Source: an uncultured Desulfospira sp.
GTDB taxonomy: Bacteria > Desulfobacterota > Desulfobacteria > Desulfobacterales > Desulfobacteraceae
Direction of reading: 5' to 3'
Length of the DNA stretch: 64,000 bases
NCBI GenBank assembly: GCA_963663165.1
Contig: OY760175.1
Span: 1,024,001 to 1,088,000, forward strand
Shown here: positions 12,887-24,755 of the stretch, piece by piece
Numbering within the stretch: the first letter of the stretch is position 1
Layout: every line of letters starts with the position of its first letter
The notes under the pieces: model-generated
Databases searched by the model: none
Seen by the model: only the letters and a program-made list of their open reading frames with translations
What the model was told of the DNA's origin: nothing
Translations under genes and position numbers: made by a program

Positions 12887-14401
12887 TTAGATGGTGTCCT
12901 TGAATTCTTCGTCATAGGCTTCCAAGGCTTGTTTCAGTTTGGCTTCGATGTCAGAAGTGATCGCCTGTTCTTCTTTGAGACCGGAATAAATTTCAGGGAA
13001 CCGGTTTTCAACAAAGGGGTAGAGACCTTCTTCATATTTGGCCACTGCTTCTCTGGGGTATTTATCCAGATAGCCTTTGGTTCCGGCATACAGGGCGGTG
13101 ACCATTTTTTCCATGGGAAGGGGCTTGAACTGCGGCTGTTTGAGCAGTTCAACCAGTCTCTCACCACGGGTGAGCTGTTTCTGGGTAGCGGCGTCCAGAT
13201 CGGAACCAAAGGCAGCAAAGGCTTCCAGTTCACGATACTGGGCAAGGTCCAGACGCAGGGTACCGGCCACCTGTTTCATGGCTTTTACCTGGGCGGCACC
13301 ACCAACCCTGGATACGGAAAGGCCTACGTCAATGGCCGGACGGATACCGGAGAAGAAAAGGTCTTTATCCAGGAAGATCTGTCCGTCGGTGATGGAGATA
13401 ACGTTGGTCGGGATAAATGCGGACACGTCACCTTCCTGGGTTTCAATAATAGGAAGGGCGGTCAGGGAGCCGGCACCGAGTTCGTCGCTCATCTTGGCGG
13501 ACCGTTCCAGAAGTCTGGAATGGTTGTAGAAAATATCGCCGGGGAAGGCTTCACGTCCCGGGGGGCGTCTCAGGAGCAGGGATACCTGGCGGTAGGCGGC
13601 AGCCTGTTTGGAAAGGTCGTCATAAATGATCAGGGCATGTTCGCCTTTGTCCCTGAAGTACTCGCCCATGGCGCATCCGGCATATGGTGCCAGGTACTGC
13701 ATGGCGGCGGACTCGGAAGCGGAGGCCACAACAACGGTGGTGTATTCCATGGCACCATGTTCTTCAAGGGCAGCCACAACCTGGGCAACCGTTGATTTTT
13801 TCTGGCCGCAGGCAACATAGATACATTTAATCCCGCTTTCTTTTTGGGCAATAATGGCATCAACAGCAACAGCGGTTTTACCGATCTGGCGGTCACCGAT
13901 GATCAACTCACGCTGGCCACGGCCAACCGGGGTCATGCCGTCAACGGCCTTGGCACCGGTATAGCAGGGTTCATGAACCCCTTTTCGGGCGATAACACCC
14001 GGGGCAACCAATTCCATGTTCATGTAGATATCGGAATTGATGGGCCCCTTGCCGTCAACAGGCTCACCAGTGGTGGTGACAACGCGGCCTAACAGGGACT
14101 CGCCTACGGGCACGGATGCGATACGATCGGTTCTTTTTACAACGTCGCCTTCCTTGATGACCTTGTCATCACCCAGGATAGCAACACCCACGTTGTCCTC
14201 TTCAAGGTTCAGGGCCAGCCCCAGGATTCCACCGGGAAACTCAACAAGCTCCATGGCTTTTACTTTTTCCAAACCATATACACGGGCAATACCATCACCC
14301 GCAGAAAGAACAACCCCTGTTTCACTCAGATCAACCTCGGCATCAAAACCCTTGATCTGATCTTTAATAATCTGGCTTATTTCTTCTGCTTTAATTTCCA
14401 T
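12887..14401 (-). CDS. atpA: ATP synthase alpha subunit
   Basis: [30 protein letters not shown]. Confidence 0.99.
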   Translation of the reverse strand: MEIKAEEISQIIKDQIKGFDAEVDLSETGVVLSAGDGIARVYGLEKVKAMELVEFPGGILGLALNLEEDNVGVAILGDDKVIKEGDVVKRTDRIASVPVGESLLGRVVTTTGEPVDGKGPINSDIYMNMELVAPGVIARKGVHEPCYTGAKAVDGMTPVGRGQRELIIGDRQIGKTAVAVDAIIAQKESGIKCIYVACGQKKSTVAQVVAALEEHGAMEYTTVVVASASESAAMQYLAPYAGCAMGEYFRDKGEHALIIYDDLSKQAAAYRQVSLLLRRPPGREAFPGDIFYNHSRLLERSAKMSDELGAGSLTALPIIETQEGDVSAFIPTNVISITDGQIFLDKDLFFSGIRPAIDVGLSVSRVGGAAQVKAMKQVAGTLRLDLAQYRELEAFAAFGSDLDAATQKQLTRGERLVELLKQPQFKPLPMEKMVTALYAGTKGYLDKYPREAVAKYEEGLYPFVENRFPEIYSGLKEEQAITSDIEAKLKQALEAYDEEFKDTI

Positions 14402-14952
14402 TAGACACTCTCACCTTTAGTTAAAGTTTCCCTCATATTGATCAGCTGAGTTTTCACGCTGCCATCCAGAACAAGATCTCCGATTTTTGTAACCACGCCG
14501 CCGATAAGGCCCGGATCCTGCTCAACACTCAGAACAATGGTTTTCCCGGTCTTTGCGGACAGGGCTTCCTTGATTTTGTCTACCGCCTCTGCGGACAGTT
14601 CCGTGGCAGAGACAATACTGGCCTTGACAACCCCTTTGAGCTCATCGGCCAGATCTTTGTAAAAGGAAGCGATTTCCCGCAAAAAACCAATCCTGCCCTT
14701 GTCAAACAAGAGGATCATGAAAGATTTCATGACCGCGGACAGGTCGGTGGCAGCAAGAACCGCCTCAAGGACTTTTTTTCTGTCGTTTTTGTTGTAAAGG
14801 GGATTCACCAATGTTTTTTCAAACTCTTCCTGGGTGTCAAAAAGGCCCACCATGGATTCGAGTTCATCGCTGTACTGTTCCGCCTGGCCGTCTTCCTGGC
14901 CGATCAGAATCAGCGCCTTGGCATAACGCCTTGAAACTGCTAAATTTTTCAT
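14401..14952 (-). CDS. atpH: ATP synthase delta subunit
   Basis: [24 protein letters not shown]. Confidence 0.97.
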   Translation of the reverse strand: MKNLAVSRRYAKALILIGQEDGQAEQYSDELESMVGLFDTQEEFEKTLVNPLYNKNDRKKVLEAVLAATDLSAVMKSFMILLFDKGRIGFLREIASFYKDLADELKGVVKASIVSATELSAEAVDKIKEALSAKTGKTIVLSVEQDPGLIGGVVTKIGDLVLDGSVKTQLINMRETLTKGESV

Positions 14953-15548
14953 TATGCCACCACCTTTTTCAAATAGTCGTCAACAAGTTTTTCCTGATCT
15001 TCAGACGAGATGGATTCCTTAATGAATTCTTCAGCCTTTTCCATTGCCTTCAAAGCAATTTCCTGCTGAAGCTGAGCCCTGGCTGCCTTAAACTCCTGTT
15101 CGATATTCCGCTTGGCGGTATCTTCGAGTTTTTCGGCCTGGGCCTGGGCTTCGGCAAGAATTCTTTCTTTGGCCGCTTCACCTTGTTTGATGTAATCCGC
15201 TACAATCTGTTTGGATTCCTGTTCAAGGTTGTTGAACTTGGCCTGGTACTCTGCAAGCATTTTCTCAGCTTCGGCTTTCTGTGCTTCTAGGTCATTCAAC
15301 TCATCCTCAATTCCCTTTGCCCGGGACGAAAAAAATTCCTTGACGGGTTTTTTCGCAATGAGGAATCCTGCAATGGCAAGAATGCCGAAATTCAGCACTT
15401 TCCAGGTATCGTTGGCAAGCCAGGCGTTGTGAACGCCGCCATGCCCGCCTTCGGCTGATGCCCAGACAAGTGAACACGCACCTGCCGTTAGGACAGCTGC
15501 TATACCTGAAATTTTCAACCAGTTCTTTTTCAGATTAAAATGTTTCAT
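14952..15548 (-). CDS. atpF: ATP synthase F0 subunit b
   Basis: TM segment (VLNFGIL) plus long coiled coil; operon position. Confidence 0.92.
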   Translation of the reverse strand: MKHFNLKKNWLKISGIAAVLTAGACSLVWASAEGGHGGVHNAWLANDTWKVLNFGILAIAGFLIAKKPVKEFFSSRAKGIEDELNDLEAQKAEAEKMLAEYQAKFNNLEQESKQIVADYIKQGEAAKERILAEAQAQAEKLEDTAKRNIEQEFKAARAQLQQEIALKAMEKAEEFIKESISSEDQEKLVDDYLKKVVA

Positions 15549-15979
15549 CAGCAGGCCCTCCCCAAAATCTTTTCGCCGATGGCTTGAGCAAACACCTCCA
15601 CCTCGGCTTCCAGGGCTTTGCGGGCCTGCTCAGTCTCTCCTGCAACCTGTTCCTTGATCTTTGCAAGATTGGCCTGAGCTTTCTTGTTAATCTGTTCGAT
15701 TATTTCCTTTTCTTCCTTTGAAGCCTCGGTAATAAATACTTCTTTTTCCTTGAGGCCATCCGTCCGGGCCTGCTTAATCCCATCCTTGTAAGATTCTTTC
15801 TGGACGGAAAGGTCAGACGTGGATTTTTCAACGCCTTGTTCAAGGGTTTCAACCTTGGTTTTTCTTTCCAGAATAACGTTACGGATAGGCTTGTACAGCA
15901 CCTGGTTCAGGACAAAAAGGAGGATAAGGAAATTAATCATCTGATATAGTAGAGATATATCAGGGATAACAGTTATCAT
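15548..15979 (-). CDS. ATP synthase F0 subunit b'
   Basis: QMINFLILLFVLNQVLYKPI plus coiled coil. Confidence 0.9.
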   Translation of the reverse strand: MITVIPDISLLYQMINFLILLFVLNQVLYKPIRNVILERKTKVETLEQGVEKSTSDLSVQKESYKDGIKQARTDGLKEKEVFITEASKEEKEIIEQINKKAQANLAKIKEQVAGETEQARKALEAEVEVFAQAIGEKILGRAC

Positions 15980-16148
15980 AAAATTCCCTCCGCCAGTTAA
16001 TAATTAAAAAAATCAACTACTTGTATCTTCTTGACTGTTTCAGTACAAAAACAGCCTTAGATTCGGATCAAATCGTGACTTGAGTACCATCCAAGCAAAA
16101 ATTTGTCAACACGGAATAACAAAAACTTTCCAGGGCCTGAAGGGCGCT

Positions 16149-17258
16149 TCATTTGCCTGAAAATTTTCTCATGCTGATATTCATGAGAATGCCGAATCCC
16201 GCCATGTTGGTGATCACGGAAGATCCCCCGTAGGAGACCAGGGGAAGCGGTACTCCCACCACGGGCATCAGCCCCATCACCATGCCCACATTGATGAAAA
16301 TCTGCCAGAAGATCATGATGGTGACGCCAAAGGCCAGAATGGACCCAAAGGTGTTCCGGCAGGAGTAGGCGATATTCAGTCCCCAGAACAGCAAAATAAA
16401 ATACAGGGCCAGCAGCACCGCGCATCCCACCAGCCCCCACTCTTCGGCCAGCACCGACAGGATAAAATCCGTATGTTGTTCGGGCAGAAAGGACAAGGCG
16501 TTCTGGGTTCCCTTTAAAAAACCTTTTCCCGTAATCATGCCGGAGCCGATGGCGATTTTTGACTGAATAATGTGGTAACCGGCCCCAAGGGGGTCCCGGT
16601 CCGGGTTAAGAAAGGTCAACACCCTCATTTTCTGGTAATCTTTAAGGCCAAAACGCCACATCAGCGGCACGATAATGACCCCAAGCCCCAACACCGTAAA
16701 CATCACCCGTTTTTCCACTTTCATGAACAAGGTGATGGATCCGGCAATGAGCAGCAGTAGCAGTCCGGTGCCAAGGTCGGGCTGGATTACAATCAGAGCA
16801 AAGGGGATCAGGCAGACCACGGCAGGCTTGACCAGGTTCCTGAATCCGAGCCCCTCGGATGAGGCAATGTTGGCGTACACCGATGACAGGCTGATGATCA
16901 GGGCAATCTTCATCAATTCCGAGGGTTGAACCCGGATAATGCCAAGGGAGAGCCACCGCCGTGAGCCACCGCCGGTCATGCCGAACAAATGGACCGAAAG
17001 CAGCATGCCCACGCAGGCCCCGTATATAAGCAAATTGAGTTTATCCAGTTGCCTGAAATCAATGACCAGGATGCTCATCAACACGAAAAAGCCAACGCCC
17101 ATCCAGACGACCTGTTTTTTAAACAGGGCATGGATGCCTTCCCCAGGACTTCCGGCGGTAACGGCACTGTACAGAACCACCAGCCCCACGCCTGAAATCA
17201 TCAGGATCACCATTAGAAATCCCCAGTCAAAGTGTTCTATGAGTCTTCTGTCAAACAT
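16149..17258 (-). CDS. rodA: Rod shape-determining SEDS protein RodA
   Basis: RVQPSELMK, QPDLGT, GYHIIQSKIAIGSG, PEQHTDFI, SYGGSS. Confidence 0.97.
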   Translation of the reverse strand: MFDRRLIEHFDWGFLMVILMISGVGLVVLYSAVTAGSPGEGIHALFKKQVVWMGVGFFVLMSILVIDFRQLDKLNLLIYGACVGMLLSVHLFGMTGGGSRRWLSLGIIRVQPSELMKIALIISLSSVYANIASSEGLGFRNLVKPAVVCLIPFALIVIQPDLGTGLLLLLIAGSITLFMKVEKRVMFTVLGLGVIIVPLMWRFGLKDYQKMRVLTFLNPDRDPLGAGYHIIQSKIAIGSGMITGKGFLKGTQNALSFLPEQHTDFILSVLAEEWGLVGCAVLLALYFILLFWGLNIAYSCRNTFGSILAFGVTIMIFWQIFINVGMVMGLMPVVGVPLPLVSYGGSSVITNMAGFGILMNISMRKFSGK

Positions 17259-17267
17259 AATCGTCTC

Positions 17268-19118
17268 TTAATTATTTTCTAGTTCCTCGACCCCTAAATA
17301 TTTTCTGATCAAAGCGCCGGCAATGGGGGCGGCCGCACTGGCCCCATGCTCTCCATGTTCAATGATAACGGATATGGCAATCACCGGATTTTCAGATGGG
17401 GCATAACAGACAAACCAGGCATGGTCCTGAAGATGACGTTCCAGGTTTTCATTGTCGAACTTTTCACCCTTTTTCCTGGAAAAGACCTGGGCAGTTCCGG
17501 TTTTTCCGGAAATGTCCACCCCGTTTATCCTGATCTTCCGTGCTGTGCCCCGGTTGCCCTGGACCACACGATAAAGGCCTTCCCGGACAAGGCTTAAGGT
17601 CTCTTTGCCTGCCGGAATGCCGCCGATGATCTCAGGCTCTATTTTTTTAACCACATTCCCTTCGTTATCCATAATGGACCGGACAATTCTCGGCTTATAA
17701 AGGGTGCCGCCATTTCCGACAGCGGCAATGAACACCGCCATCTGAAGGGGGGTCACCAGGTTAAATCCCTGGCCAATGCTGATGGAAAGAGTCTCTCCGG
17801 CCTGCCATGGTTCATTAAACCGTCTTTTTTTCCAGGCAGCGGTAGGAATCAGCCCGGGCCGTTCATGGGCCAGGTCAACACCGGTCAGTTGTCCCAGCCC
17901 GCACCCGGTGGCATACTGGGCCAGTTTGTCTACGCCCAGCTTCTCCCCGGTCTGATAATAGAACACATCACAGGACTGGGCCAGGGCATTGACCACATTC
18001 AAATGGCCATGGCCGTATTTGTTCCAGCAATGGTACCGCCGGTTGCCGAATTTATAAAACCCGGGACAAAAAAAAGTGGAATTTTGATCAATCACCTTCT
18101 CTTCGAGCCCGGCCAGGGAGGTTAAAATTTTATAGGTAGAAGCCGGGGGATACTCGGCCTGGATGGCCTTGTTGATCATGGGCCTGCCCGGATTGTCCAT
18201 AAGGGCCCGCCATTTTTTGATGGAAATCCCGCCGATAAAATCATTCTGATCAAACCCGGGCGCGCTGGCCATGACCAGCACATCCCCGTTGGCCGGGTCT
18301 ATGGCCACCACAGCACCCTCCTGATCTTTCAGCAACTCTTCTGCGGTCCTTTGAAGGCCGAGGTCAAGGGACAGGTAAATGTCTTTTCCACACTCCGGTT
18401 CCACCCGCTTGAGTTCCTTAATCACCCGTCCGTTGACATCCACTTCCACCTGGCGGCCGCCCCGCTTTCCCTGAAGATGGGATTCAAAGCTTTTTTCAAC
18501 CCCGTACCTTCCGATGGCGTCCTGGGGTCTGACATTGGGATATTGACCGCTTTCAAGCTCTTGTTTGTTGATCTGCCCCAGGTATCCGATCAGATGGGCC
18601 GCAGTTTTGGGATAAATATAATGCCGGGTCGGTTCAATTTCGATTTGAACCCCGGGAAGGTCCAGCTTATGGGCTTCCACAACGGCCAGCTGCTGCCTTG
18701 AAATATCCCTTTTCAGGGTAACGGGTTTGTAAAATGCGGCCCGGCCCTTTTTTTTAATGCTTTCCATCAAATCTTCAAAAGGAATGTCTACCAGGCCTGC
18801 CAATTTCTCAACGGTCTGCTCAAGGGGATGGGCGTCTTCTAAAACAATGTTAAGGTCAAAGGCCGGCCGGTTATCCACCAGAAGAAGCCGGTTCCTGTCA
18901 TAGATAAGCCCCCTGGAGGATTTAATGCTTTTAAGGCGGATGCAGTTGGTCTGGGACAAGCGCCGGTACTCTTCCCCTTTGATCAGCTGAAGGTAAATCA
19001 AGCGCAAAAACAACAGGGCAAACACCATCAAAATGCAAAGGCTGGCACACATGAGCCGCTGTTTGAAAAAGTCCCGGTCCTGGTTTTTGTTGACTGCCCC
19101 GCCCATATCAGTCCTCAA
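17268..19118 (-). CDS. mrdA: Penicillin-binding protein 2
   Basis: RGLIYDRN, PASTYK (SxxK), SCD, KTGT motifs. Confidence 0.97.
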   Translation of the reverse strand: MRTDMGGAVNKNQDRDFFKQRLMCASLCILMVFALLFLRLIYLQLIKGEEYRRLSQTNCIRLKSIKSSRGLIYDRNRLLLVDNRPAFDLNIVLEDAHPLEQTVEKLAGLVDIPFEDLMESIKKKGRAAFYKPVTLKRDISRQQLAVVEAHKLDLPGVQIEIEPTRHYIYPKTAAHLIGYLGQINKQELESGQYPNVRPQDAIGRYGVEKSFESHLQGKRGGRQVEVDVNGRVIKELKRVEPECGKDIYLSLDLGLQRTAEELLKDQEGAVVAIDPANGDVLVMASAPGFDQNDFIGGISIKKWRALMDNPGRPMINKAIQAEYPPASTYKILTSLAGLEEKVIDQNSTFFCPGFYKFGNRRYHCWNKYGHGHLNVVNALAQSCDVFYYQTGEKLGVDKLAQYATGCGLGQLTGVDLAHERPGLIPTAAWKKRRFNEPWQAGETLSISIGQGFNLVTPLQMAVFIAAVGNGGTLYKPRIVRSIMDNEGNVVKKIEPEIIGGIPAGKETLSLVREGLYRVVQGNRGTARKIRINGVDISGKTGTAQVFSRKKGEKFDNENLERHLQDHAWFVCYAPSENPVIAISVIIEHGEHGASAAAPIAGALIRKYLGVEELENN

Positions 19119-19632
19119 GCCTTTGAATCAGTTGTTTTTTCATGTTCCCGGACAGGGACAGCCAGATTTCCCTGGCCCAATTCAGAAGGGCCAGCCCCGC
19201 GGGAATAACCAGCAGCGCCCAGAGGATCTGTTCCAGCAACAGTGAAAAATCCGACCGGGAAACACTTCCCTGGATAATCACAATGGAAAAAAATATCAGG
19301 GCCTGGTGAATCACGGCCGATACCATGCTGATCATCAGGACAAATACAATGCTTTTCTGAAATACAAACCTTCGGAACAACCGGATGATGATGTAAATCC
19401 AGGTATAAGAAAACACGTGGGAAAATAAAGCGCAGCCTGAGATGGAGTCCATGATAAGGCCCATGAGGACAATCCCGGGGACAATAAAATGACGCGGGTA
19501 GATCAGGCTCAGATAAATGATAAAAATGGTTACCTGGTCAAAGCATTGGGCAAACCAGGAAAAAGACGGCAGAAAAATGGTCTGCAGGATAATGAAAAAA
19601 AGGGCCGAAAAAACAAAAAACAAGGCGTTCAT
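19108..19632 (-). CDS. mreD: Rod shape-determining protein MreD
   Basis: Hydrophobic multi-TM protein between mreC and mrdA. Confidence 0.85.
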   Translation of the reverse strand: MNALFFVFSALFFIILQTIFLPSFSWFAQCFDQVTIFIIYLSLIYPRHFIVPGIVLMGLIMDSISGCALFSHVFSYTWIYIIIRLFRRFVFQKSIVFVLMISMVSAVIHQALIFFSIVIIQGSVSRSDFSLLLEQILWALLVIPAGLALLNWAREIWLSLSGNMKKQLIQRLED

Positions 19633-19702
19633 TCAATGGAATCCTGCGGTTATACGGTTATAGCGGTTAGCTTTTTAACTGGTGGTTGTTGGCGCTTAAG
19701 GG

Positions 19703-20515
19703 TCAGTGTCCGTTTTTGAGTACCAGAACCTCTTCGAGTTTATTGAAATCCACGCTGGTTTCAATGGTAATGTTCTGGAACAGCTGGGAATGTTCTTTTT
19801 CAACGGCCAGGATCCGCCCAATGGTCAGTCCCTTGGGATACACCTGGTCCAAACCGGATGAGACGATCATTTCGCCTGGTTTAACCGTATCCTTTCTTAA
19901 AGCGTAGACAAAAGAACAGGTATCGGTATTGGTTCCCTTTACCATCCCCCGGACCCGGGTGTTCTGAACAAGGGCGTCCACAGCTGAATTTCTGTCAATG
20001 ATCAGCAGCACCCTGGAAAAAGAGTTGGAAACCTTGGTGATCTGGCCCACAATCCCTTCTGAAACCAGGACGGGGGCGCCCTTTTCAAGTCCGTCCTGGG
20101 CCCCTTTATCAATCATGATGGTCTTAAACCACGGGGAGGGATCCCGGGCGATGACCTGGGCCGCCACATAGGTCTCAGGTACGGCCCGGGTAAAATTAAC
20201 CAGTTTTTTGAGCCTGGCGTTTTCAAGGCAAAGCTCTTCGTTCTGGTTCTCAATTTGCTTGACCCGGGACAACTGGGCCTTGAGGACCTGATTTTCCTCC
20301 ACGGCCAGCACCGACATAAAGTAGGTCTGCCAAAGGGACTGGGCCACCCCCACGGTCCGGGTGAATATAAACTGAAACGGAGATGTAAGGGTAATGGCAA
20401 ATCGTTCCAGCCCGGTAGCCGGAACCGATTGCCGGCTTGTCAGGGTAATCACCGTCAGGTTGACGGCGAAAAACACTGTCAAGCCAAAGAAAAGTAACAT
20501 CTTCCTTGAAAACAT
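19703..20515 (-). CDS. mreC: Rod shape-determining protein MreC
   Basis: ENARLKKL, IDKGAQDG, GIVGQI, SSGLDQVYPKG. Confidence 0.96.
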   Translation of the reverse strand: MFSRKMLLFFGLTVFFAVNLTVITLTSRQSVPATGLERFAITLTSPFQFIFTRTVGVAQSLWQTYFMSVLAVEENQVLKAQLSRVKQIENQNEELCLENARLKKLVNFTRAVPETYVAAQVIARDPSPWFKTIMIDKGAQDGLEKGAPVLVSEGIVGQITKVSNSFSRVLLIIDRNSAVDALVQNTRVRGMVKGTNTDTCSFVYALRKDTVKPGEMIVSSGLDQVYPKGLTIGRILAVEKEHSQLFQNITIETSVDFNKLEEVLVLKNGH

Positions 20516-20518
20516 TGA

Positions 20519-21577
<1,059 letters not shown>

Positions 21578-21673
21578 TTAAGTTTTAAGATTGGTCGATT
21601 TAAGTCAGCCTGTTTCACAAAGGCTGCTAAAAGATATCTGCTAACAAAATTGCATATTTTTTACAAGTCTAAA

Positions 21674-23574
21674 CTTACTTTCCGCACCCCACTCCGATAA
21701 GATGTGAGTAATTTTAAGGGTTATAGAGGTCAAGGTGTAATGAAAACCTCCGGCTTGACATCAAGTGCTTTGAGATATTCCAGATGAACAGATTTCAAGG
21801 GTTTGGCAAGCTGTCTTTGGTTTCCGCTTTTAACCACAAGAACCGTATGGAACTTGGTTGACATCATGAATGAAGTGGGCCGTTTGGTCCTTCTTCTTAC
21901 CCAACCTGTCATTGTTGTCTGATTATCTTTGATATACAAACGCATAGCCCTTTCAATAAGGCGCCATATCAGCAATGAAATCAGCAAAATCATCCCGAGG
22001 ACTTCAATCCTTGAGTTTTTTTTCAGAAAAACGCTGTTGATGATAACGGGATCTTTTAGGAAGCCGAAGTTTTGTTCAATGCCGCTCTGGTTCTTATACA
22101 ATTTTAGAAGATCTTTAGCAGACCATTCAGATTCTTCCTGATGAGAAGTTAAGTTGGAAAGAAGTACAAAACATCCAGCTTCTTCCCGAAGAAATTGGAC
22201 CTTTTCTTCATCCTCATCAACGAAAAGGGTTATGCGATATTCAAATCTATCCGGAACGCGCGTCTCTCCCTTTTTCGGGCGGCCCCTCGAATATTTGGGC
22301 GCCTTATCAATGGTTGCCGATACGGTGAAAAGATCCGATTTTTTCGGCAACCGGGATATTTTTTCAACCGCAGCCTGGGCATCATCGTTGCAGTAATACG
22401 GTTCTGTGAGTAGTTTCTGGACCTGCTGTTCAAGCTCTTTTTTGTTCTTGCCTAATTGACGATCGATTTTTTTGTGTCGGCGCTTATCGTGAGCGCTGGA
22501 ATGTACGACCACCGCCCGATAAGTGGTCCCATACAAGGTCACGGTGGTCTCAAAGGCTTTGTAGTGTGCTGCCGGTCGTTTCTGTGTATCCTCTGTTTCA
22601 GCAAGGACACCGATATCAACCCAATTATCGGCCTGAACCGCTTCTTTGATAGCGCGGCTGCATTCATTATAAGTGGCCGGCAGCCGACTGACAAATTTTG
22701 TTTTTCCAGCTTTCCCAAGGTTATCTTCCGTTACAAAGGCAGAATCTGCAACATACACGAACGCATTTTCTTTAAGTCCATGGTTGGCCATGTGTTTGGA
22801 GATCGTAGTCAGCACTTCATTGTTCAAGGTCTTGTCGGATGCATTGCCATCCCGAGTCCCTCCAAATAAGGGAATGTTTCTGTCAACACACAGCATTTCA
22901 ACAAGGAACTGCTTTAGATCCGGACGCTTATCTTTGCTGTGGCCGTAAGTGATTTCAAACGGCTCATCTGTCATGGCGTAATCACCGTAAACACTGACAG
23001 ATGTTGTGTCATAGTGGGCTCCGGTCGGCTTGATTTGGAAACCATTGACAGCGTTCTGGCTCAATTGGCCGAATATCTTTTGGGTTCCTGTTTCAAAAAT
23101 TTTATCCAATGCACGGCCAATATTATGGTCTGTAAACTGTTCCAGGGATACTGCCTTGCCAAGCAGCAGTTCGATGTCTTTTTCGTCGAGAAAATCTTTT
23201 AACCGGTAAAGGGGTGATCTCCCGGACAGGGTATCCAAAACCATGCCGAGAACAACAGGGCCCGGCTGAAGATCCATCTGGGTATTCACCATCTGGTTGA
23301 TTGTTTCTACCAGATTTATCCGGCGGGCATATTCTTTGACTATGGGTAGGAACTGCACATCGGTTATTGTCAGACTGCCGAAGTCTTTGATTTCCATTTA
23401 ACCTCCAAGGTGTCTGTTGATTTGCTTTACTGGGAAATCGATATCACCTAGAAGGAAAAAAATCTAGTCTGAACAAAATTTATTTACTGAATAGAATTCA
23501 GTAAACTCTATCTACCTGAATTTATAGAATAATAAATTCACACTTATTTTTTATTTATGGGTGCGGAAAGTAAG
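21674..23574 (-). mobile_element. IS1634-family insertion sequence, 1901 bp
   Basis: Perfect 16-bp TIRs (cttactttccgcaccc 21674-21689 / gggtgcggaaagtaag 23559-23574); 6-bp TSD tctaaa at 21668-21673 and 23575-23580. Confidence 0.95.
21730..23397 (-). CDS. IS1634-family DDE transposase
   Basis: HYDTTSVSVYG, YGHSKDKRPDLKQ, GNASD, VADSA, YKNQSGIEQNFGFLK. Confidence 0.93.
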   Translation of the reverse strand: MEIKDFGSLTITDVQFLPIVKEYARRINLVETINQMVNTQMDLQPGPVVLGMVLDTLSGRSPLYRLKDFLDEKDIELLLGKAVSLEQFTDHNIGRALDKIFETGTQKIFGQLSQNAVNGFQIKPTGAHYDTTSVSVYGDYAMTDEPFEITYGHSKDKRPDLKQFLVEMLCVDRNIPLFGGTRDGNASDKTLNNEVLTTISKHMANHGLKENAFVYVADSAFVTEDNLGKAGKTKFVSRLPATYNECSRAIKEAVQADNWVDIGVLAETEDTQKRPAAHYKAFETTVTLYGTTYRAVVVHSSAHDKRRHKKIDRQLGKNKKELEQQVQKLLTEPYYCNDDAQAAVEKISRLPKKSDLFTVSATIDKAPKYSRGRPKKGETRVPDRFEYRITLFVDEDEEKVQFLREEAGCFVLLSNLTSHQEESEWSAKDLLKLYKNQSGIEQNFGFLKDPVIINSVFLKKNSRIEVLGMILLISLLIWRLIERAMRLYIKDNQTTMTGWVRRRTKRPTSFMMSTKFHTVLVVKSGNQRQLAKPLKSVHLEYLKALDVKPEVFITP

Positions 23575-23612
23575 TCTAAATATGGATCAGCCACCTTTTT
23601 AAACAAAGAATA

Positions 23613-24734
23613 TTATTCCCTTCTCGGAAGATACACCCGCAACACCGTGGTGTTGGTTTTTTCCGATATTGAAAAATCAATGCTTCCCCCGTGCAGCTTT
23701 GCCGTGAGCATGGCAGAATACGTACCGATTCCGGTTCCATTGGTTTTCCCGTAAGTGGCAAATTTCTCAAAAAACCGGTTGCGGACCGGTTCCGGGATAA
23801 GCCCCTGATTCTCTATTTCAATCTTTATTCGGTCCGGTTCCCCGTCATAAATTCGGATATCGATGCATCCGTCATTAGGGGAGGCGTCCACGGCATTTGC
23901 AATCAGGTTGTTCATCATTGTGTAAAAAAGCATCTCATCGCACCAGAGAATATATGCCTGGTCAGGATCGGCAGGCCTGTGGTTTATTACAGTCCTCGAT
24001 TCAATATTTTTGGTGGACATTTTTTTGGAATTACCCATAAAAATCCGGTCAAAAATGGGCATTATATTCACCTGGGTCACATTGAGGGGACATATTCCCC
24101 GTTCCATTTTATACAGCATCATGGTCCGGTTGAGCATATCGACCATGGTAAAACAGGCGTTGATCTGGTCTTGCAGCAGCTTTTCCTGCCTTGCCCTGTC
24201 CATCTCGATTTTCCCGGGGGACTTCAGGAGTTGGGCCGCCCCGAGCACGAGCTGAATCGGGGTTTTCAGATCGTGCCGGTAGACCAGTTCCACCTGCTCG
24301 CGCAGTCGAATATTTTCTTTCAGGATTTCATTTTGATGGGCCAGCTCATTCCTGACCTTGGCAAGCTCCAGGTGGGTTTTGATTTTGGCCCGGATTACGG
24401 CGAAATTGAAGGGTTTGGTGATATAATCCACGGCACCCATTTCCAGTCCCCGGGTTTCATCCACCGTTTCTGTCAGGCAGGTCACAAAAATGACCAGTAC
24501 ATCCCGCAGCATGGGATCCTCTTTGATCTGCCGGCAAACTTCGAACCCGTCTATGCCGGGCATCAGTATATCCAGAAGCACCATGTCCGGCACGTCCTGC
24601 CGGATGCTTTCAAGAGCGCTTGCCCCGTCTAATGACACCCTTACCCGGTATCTTTCACCCAGACAGGCAACCAGGGCATCAATGTCCGTTTCACAGTCCT
24701 CCACCACCATTATAGCCTGCTTTTGATCACTCAT
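23613..24734 (-). CDS. Hybrid response regulator / histidine kinase (REC-HisKA-HATPase)
   Basis: LLDILMPGIDG, RHDLKTP, NLIANAVDA, GTGIG. Confidence 0.92.
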   Translation of the reverse strand: MSDQKQAIMVVEDCETDIDALVACLGERYRVRVSLDGASALESIRQDVPDMVLLDILMPGIDGFEVCRQIKEDPMLRDVLVIFVTCLTETVDETRGLEMGAVDYITKPFNFAVIRAKIKTHLELAKVRNELAHQNEILKENIRLREQVELVYRHDLKTPIQLVLGAAQLLKSPGKIEMDRARQEKLLQDQINACFTMVDMLNRTMMLYKMERGICPLNVTQVNIMPIFDRIFMGNSKKMSTKNIESRTVINHRPADPDQAYILWCDEMLFYTMMNNLIANAVDASPNDGCIDIRIYDGEPDRIKIEIENQGLIPEPVRNRFFEKFATYGKTNGTGIGTYSAMLTAKLHGGSIDFSISEKTNTTVLRVYLPRRE

Positions 24735-24755
24735 TTTTTTCTCTCATTCATAATA

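Noticed and set aside
19646..19684. Short cggtta repeats between mreC and mreD
   Set aside because: Irregular period (7-9 nt) and no inverted partner arm
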